A DNA stretch of 64,000 nucleotides, from contig CAWIXE010000003.1 in NCBI GenBank assembly GCA_963840035.1, forward strand, positions 128,001 through 192,000, read 5' to 3'. Source of the DNA: a candidate division FCPU426 bacterium. Its GTDB lineage: Bacteria; Oederibacteriota; PGYV01; Palsa-1178. Of the stretch, positions 59,146 to 64,000 are shown piece after piece. Under the pieces are notes generated by a model, which saw only the letters and a program-made list of their open reading frames with translations, had not been told where the DNA came from and made no database searches. The position numbers and the translations under genes are program-made. Numbering within the stretch: the first letter of the stretch is position 1; each line of letters opens with the position of its first letter.

Positions 59146-59270
59146 GGATTTTCGGCTTTAGCCGAAAATCCTGAGAAGTTAAAGAGACAAGAGAATGGAG
59201 ACAAGAAGCAGAAATACCGGACAAAACTAACAGGGCTTTAGGCCCCTACATCTTAAGGAGGAACTAAGTT

Positions 59271-60539
59271 ATGAAGTGGGAAGTAAAAGACGAGAAAAAT
59301 TGCAAAAAAGTAATAGATGTTGTTGTTGAAAAGGAAAAAGTGGAAGCGGTTCAGGCGAAGGTTTTTGAGTCATTTAAAAACCATGCCAGGATAGACGGAT
59401 ACAGGAAGGGCAAAGTGCCGGAAGACCAGATAAAGACTAAATTCAAAAAGGATATGGAAGAAGAAGTCATAAAAGAACTCGTGCCTGACACTTATGCCGA
59501 GGTCATAAAGGCCCTTAACCTTCACCTGGTGACTTACCCGATATTAAAGGACGTCAAATATGAAGGCGAAGGAATAAAGTATCAGATCGTCGTTGAGGTA
59601 AACCCGGAGTTCACCCTTAAAGATTATAAGAAGATGAAAATAGACGACAAGAAGCTTAAAGAAGTGACTGATGCCGATGTCACAAGGGAACTTGACAGGC
59701 TGCGCCAATACAGGGGCAAACTGAAGGATTCAGTGGACATAGTGGCTAAAGAGGGCCATTATGTAACCATTTCCATGGCCGGTTTTGTGGACGGCAAGGC
59801 TGAAGCGGCAATGACATCCGAGTCGCAGTTTTTAAGGATAGGCGCAGGCTCCATGGTCAAGGACCTGGAGGACGGAATTATTAAGATGAAGATTGGCGAG
59901 GAAAAGGAAATAAAAGTTAAGTTCCCCGCTGACTACTTTGAGAAAAAATTCGCGGGCAAGCACGCGGAGTTTAAGGTAAAGCTTAAGGGAATAAAGGAAC
60001 TGGAGCTCCCGGAGCTTACTGACGCTTTTGCAAAGGAAATAAGCGGCAAGGAAACAGTGGCTGAATTAAAGGCGCTCATCAAGGAAAACCTTACAAAGCA
60101 GGCCGTTGACGAGATAAGGAATTCCAAAGTGGACCAGATAGTCACCAAACTCCTTGAAATGCACCAGTTTGAGCTTCCCGCGGGCCTCGTTGAAGAGGAA
60201 ATAAATAACGTCATAAGCAGGTATTCGTCAAACCTTTCACAGCAGGGTTTAAGCCTTAAGAGCCTTGGGATGTCCATGGATGACCTCAGGGTAAAAAGCA
60301 GGCCGCAGGCGGAAAATAATTTAAAGACCATTTATATCCTGAGAAAAATAGCGGAAACAGAGAAGATTGACGTAACTGACGCCGACGTGGAAACCGAGAT
60401 CAAAAGGATCGCGGAAGAGACTAAGGATAACGCGGATAATATGATAAAGCAGGCAAAAGCACGCGGCAGCTGGGATGCTTTGAAGTCAAAACTGCTGGAA
60501 GATAAGGTTGTAGAAAGTTTAATGACAATAGGAAAGTAG
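59271..60539 (+). CDS. tig: Trigger factor
   Basis: IDGYRKGKVP ribosome-binding loop, FKBP domain FPADY. Confidence 0.95.
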   Translation: MKWEVKDEKNCKKVIDVVVEKEKVEAVQAKVFESFKNHARIDGYRKGKVPEDQIKTKFKKDMEEEVIKELVPDTYAEVIKALNLHLVTYPILKDVKYEGEGIKYQIVVEVNPEFTLKDYKKMKIDDKKLKEVTDADVTRELDRLRQYRGKLKDSVDIVAKEGHYVTISMAGFVDGKAEAAMTSESQFLRIGAGSMVKDLEDGIIKMKIGEEKEIKVKFPADYFEKKFAGKHAEFKVKLKGIKELELPELTDAFAKEISGKETVAELKALIKENLTKQAVDEIRNSKVDQIVTKLLEMHQFELPAGLVEEEINNVISRYSSNLSQQGLSLKSLGMSMDDLRVKSRPQAENNLKTIYILRKIAETEKIDVTDADVETEIKRIAEETKDNADNMIKQAKARGSWDALKSKLLEDKVVESLMTIGK

Positions 60540-60718
60540 AACTGTTAGCCATGGCCAATAAAGTTTAAGCCAATAGATGTGGCAAGCGGGATGGATCCCG
60601 CTTGGTGTGATAAAAGTCGCAAAGCGACACTATATGTAATGGCTATACGGATATTGGCTAATGGATAAGCAAATACTCTTTACAAGGAGAAAACATGAAA
60701 CACAAAGGAGAATTCAGG

Positions 60719-61315
60719 ATGAATCTAATACCGATGGTGGTGGAACAAAGCGAGCGCGGCGAGCGGGCCTATGATATATATTCAAGGCTGCTTAAAGAGC
60801 GCATCGTTTTTATCGGAACCCCGATAGATGATGACATATCAAATGTCATAATCGCCCAGCTTCTTTTTCTGGACGGAGAGGACCCCGGCAAGGAAATATC
60901 CATTTACGTCAACAGCCCCGGAGGCGTCGTAAGCGCGGGACTTGCCATATATGATACTATGCAGTTCATCAAATCACCGTGTTCCACTATCTGCGTGGGA
61001 CAGGCCGCCAGCATGGCAGCTGTGCTTTTGACCGCGGGCGTTAAGGGCAAGCGCTATGCTCTTCCTAACTCAAGGGTTTTGATACACCAGCCCATGGGCG
61101 GAGCGCAGGGGCAGGCTTCAGACATAGACATACAGGCCAAGGAAATAATGAAGTTAAGGGAAAGGCTGAATAAAATACTTTCAAAGCATACCGGACAGAC
61201 CCTGAAAAAGATTGAAAAAGACACTGACCGTGATTATTACATGAGCGCTGAAGAGGCGAAGGAATACGGGATTGTGGATGAAATAATTGAGACAAGAAAG
61301 GTGATTCAAAAATGA
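60719..61315 (+). CDS. clpP: ATP-dependent Clp protease proteolytic subunit
   Basis: [30 protein letters not shown]. Confidence 0.97.
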   Translation: MNLIPMVVEQSERGERAYDIYSRLLKERIVFIGTPIDDDISNVIIAQLLFLDGEDPGKEISIYVNSPGGVVSAGLAIYDTMQFIKSPCSTICVGQAASMAAVLLTAGVKGKRYALPNSRVLIHQPMGGAQGQASDIDIQAKEIMKLRERLNKILSKHTGQTLKKIEKDTDRDYYMSAEEAKEYGIVDEIIETRKVIQK

Positions 61316-62517
61316 ACAAGTGTTCTTTTTGCGGAAAAAAGGAAAAAGAGGCGGGAAAACTCATAGTCTCTGACGGAGCTGCCATATGCAATGAATGCGC
61401 CGCCGTATTTTCACGCATGGAAAGCGTGGAAAAGGAAAATAGTTCCGGGCCTGAAGTGCTGCCCACGCCAAAAGAGATAAAGGCAAAACTGGACGACTAC
61501 GTCATATCGCAGGATAAAGCCAAAAAGGTATTATCCGTGGCTGTTTATAACCACTATAAAAGGATTTTTTCCAAGGATAAGGGCGGGGTGGAGCTGGAAA
61601 AAAGCAACATCATGCTGATCGGGCCGACCGGTTCCGGAAAAACACTTCTGGCGGAAACCCTGGCAAGGATACTTCATGTGCCGTTTGCCATTTCTGACGC
61701 GACAACATTGACCGAAGCGGGATATGTAGGCGAGGATGTTGAAAACATACTTCTGAGGCTTCTTGAAAACGCCAACTTTAATGTTGAGGCGGCGCAGAAG
61801 GGCATTATTTACATAGACGAAATAGATAAGATAGCGAAAAAATCGGAAAATATTTCCATAACCCGGGATGTATCCGGGGAGGGCGTACAGCAGGCGCTTT
61901 TAAAAATAATAGAAGGCACCACGGCAAATGTGCCGCCCAAGGGCGGACGAAAACATCCGTATCAGGAATATATCAAAATTGACACAAAAAATATACTTTT
62001 TATAATTGGCGGGGCTTTTGTCGGGCTTGATAAGATAGTCAAGAAAAGGATAGACAGGAAAGTCTTCGGGTATAAAGGCGGCACAGAGACGGAAAAGATG
62101 ACAAAATTCGAGATTTTATCCGAAACTCTGCCTGCGGATTTAATCAAGTTTGGCCTGATTCCCGAGTTTATAGGCAGGGTGCCCATATTAGCTTCGCTTT
62201 CTGAGTTAAACGAAGCCGACCTTGTCCATATCCTTGACAAGCCGAAAAACGCCATCTTAAAGCAGTATGAAAAGATGCTCTCCATGGAAGGCGTTGAGCT
62301 GAAGTTCATGGACGAAGCCAAGCAGGAAGTGGCTGCCGAGGCCGTGAAAAAAGAAATCGGAGCCAGGGGACTCCGGGCCATTATAGAAGGAGTCATGATA
62401 GACATCATGTATGAGATACCTTCGATGAAGGGCGTCAAGCAGGTTGTCATAGACAGGGATATAATTAAGGGGAAAAAGGACAGGCTATCAGCTATAGTAA
62501 AAGAAAAAAGCGCGTGA
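61312..62517 (+). CDS. clpX: ATP-dependent Clp protease ATPase
   Basis: CSFC zinc finger, [31 protein letters not shown]. Confidence 0.97.
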   Translation: MNKCSFCGKKEKEAGKLIVSDGAAICNECAAVFSRMESVEKENSSGPEVLPTPKEIKAKLDDYVISQDKAKKVLSVAVYNHYKRIFSKDKGGVELEKSNIMLIGPTGSGKTLLAETLARILHVPFAISDATTLTEAGYVGEDVENILLRLLENANFNVEAAQKGIIYIDEIDKIAKKSENISITRDVSGEGVQQALLKIIEGTTANVPPKGGRKHPYQEYIKIDTKNILFIIGGAFVGLDKIVKKRIDRKVFGYKGGTETEKMTKFEILSETLPADLIKFGLIPEFIGRVPILASLSELNEADLVHILDKPKNAILKQYEKMLSMEGVELKFMDEAKQEVAAEAVKKEIGARGLRAIIEGVMIDIMYEIPSMKGVKQVVIDRDIIKGKKDRLSAIVKEKSA

Positions 62518-62525
62518 GGTGATAT

Positions 62526-64000
62526 ATGGCAGATGAAACAATAGGCAAGGAACAGGAAAAAAAGCCGATGATTAAGAGCGGAAAAATGCCGTTATTGGCT
62601 TTGAGGGACCTTGTGATATTTCCGAACATGGTTATTCCTCTGTTCGTCGGCAGGGAAAAATCCATTAAAGCCCTCGAGGCGGCAATGGAGCGCGACAGGA
62701 TTATATTCCTTGTGGCGCAGAAAGACGCCAGGACTGATAATCCGGGCAAGGAAGAAATATATAATACAGGGACATTATCCGAGATACTGCAGATATTAAA
62801 ACTTCCGGACGGCGCCATCAGGGTGCTCGTGGAAGGCTTAACAAGGGTTAAGATAAAGAATTACGTGCAGGAAGACCCGTTTTTTGAAGTGGAGACCGAC
62901 GAGGTCCATGAGCAGGACATGAAGGACAAGGAAACAGAGGCTATGATGCGCCTTGTCATGGATGAGTTCCAGAAACATGTGAAGATGAACAAAAAAATAC
63001 CGCCAGAGACAACCATGTCGGTATCCGAGATAGATTCTCCCGGAAGGCTCGCAGACGTCATTGCCGCGCATATATTTTTAAAGCATGAGGAAAAGCAGGA
63101 ATTGCTCGAGACCGAAGAACCGAAAAAAAGGCTCCAGAAGATGTCGGAGATACTCCAGCGCGAGAATGAAATACTTGAGATTGAAAGAAAAATACAGGTA
63201 AAGGTAAAAAGCCAGCTTGAAAAATCACAAAAGGAATACTACCTGTCAGAGCAGTTAAAAGCAATACAAAAAGAGCTCGGCAAGGGAGACGCCTCATATA
63301 ATGAGCTTGAAGAGCTTAAGGAAAAAATAAAAAAATCAAAAATGCCCAAAGAAGGCGAAGAAAAGGCCCTTAAGGAACTTTCACGCCTTGAAAAAATGAT
63401 GCCCATGTCGGCTGAAGCCACGGTCATCAGGACATATCTGGACTGGCTTATCGCGCTTCCGTGGAACACAAAGACAAAAGACAAGATAGATATGAAGCAC
63501 GTGCAGGACGTGCTTGATGAGGACCATTACGGACTGGAAAAACCCAAGGAAAGGATAGTTGAATACCTTGCTGTGAAGAAGAACATGAAAGACAAGCCTG
63601 AAAAAGCCCAGGACCCTATTTTGTGCCTGGTAGGACCTCCGGGCGTGGGTAAAACATCGCTGGCAAAGTCAATAGCCCGCGCCATGGGCCGCAGTTTTGT
63701 GCGCCTGTCACTGGGCGGCGTGCGCGACGAAGCTGAGATAAGGGGCCACAGAAGGACTTATATCGGGGCCCTTCCGGGAAGGATAATACAGTCCATAAGG
63801 AAAGCCAAGTCAAAAAACCCATTATTTCTTATGGATGAGGTTGATAAGATGTCCTCGGATTTCAGGGGAGACCCGGCCGCGGCCCTTCTTGAAGTGCTCG
63901 ACCCGGAGCAGAACAACACGTTCATGGACCATTACCTTGATACTGAGTTTGACTTATCCGACGTAATGTTTATCACGACGGCAAATACCCTCTACGGCAT
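62526..64000 (+). CDS. lon: Lon protease, truncated by the window end
   Basis: Manual translation from ATG 62526: LRDLVIFP..PLFVGREKS, DEDHYGL, GPPGVGKTS, GHRRTYIGALPG, DEVDK, EVLDPEQN. Confidence 0.96.
   Translation, partial: MADETIGKEQEKKPMIKSGKMPLLALRDLVIFPNMVIPLFVGREKSIKALEAAMERDRIIFLVAQKDARTDNPGKEEIYNTGTLSEILQILKLPDGAIRVLVEGLTRVKIKNYVQEDPFFEVETDEVHEQDMKDKETEAMMRLVMDEFQKHVKMNKKIPPETTMSVSEIDSPGRLADVIAAHIFLKHEEKQELLETEEPKKRLQKMSEILQRENEILEIERKIQVKVKSQLEKSQKEYYLSEQLKAIQKELGKGDASYNELEELKEKIKKSKMPKEGEEKALKELSRLEKMMPMSAEATVIRTYLDWLIALPWNTKTKDKIDMKHVQDVLDEDHYGLEKPKERIVEYLAVKKNMKDKPEKAQDPILCLVGPPGVGKTSLAKSIARAMGRSFVRLSLGGVRDEAEIRGHRRTYIGALPGRIIQSIRKAKSKNPLFLMDEVDKMSSDFRGDPAAALLEVLDPEQNNTFMDHYLDTEFDLSDVMFITTANTLYG

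Noticed and set aside
58884..59224. ORFs overlapping tRNA-Leu
   Set aside because: They span hairpin repeats and the tRNA, with no RBS or recognisable protein features.
62492..63822. Several minus-strand ORFs
   Set aside because: Antisense shadows of lon.

Overview
64 kb of chromosome from a probably anaerobic, diderm bacterium (genetic code 11). Re-citrate synthase, PPi-dependent PFK and PorV/FlgD-Ig-type surface proteins suggest a poorly characterised lineage; the taxonomy is inference only. Most of the window is housekeeping: Re-citrate synthase-icd-mdh, pfp, pyrFE, ugd, yicC-remA-gmk-rpoZ-coaBC, mtaB-hinT, a heterodimeric ABC exporter, six intact tRNAs and tig-clpP-clpX-lon. It also carries envelope glycosylation genes, two B12 radical SAM enzymes, two tandem PilB/GspE ATPases and small accessory islets. 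No CRISPR array, integrase or transposase was seen. The main unusual features are: (1) a sequence-diverse family of 7-nt-periodic inverted repeats at gene junctions, two of them entering coding sequence; (2) a 176-bp tandem duplication behind tRNA-Arg(UCU) that contains a full tRNA copy split by a structured 80-nt D-loop insertion; (3) two paralogous micro-proteins next to a radical SAM gene; (4) an intact galactokinase-fold protein lacking all catalytic motifs; (5) coaBC split at an A10 run and yicC split by one extra base; (6) dense GTAG-REP and other palindromic repeats, including 90-bp direct repeats flanking a surface-protein cassette and a 108-bp tandem array.
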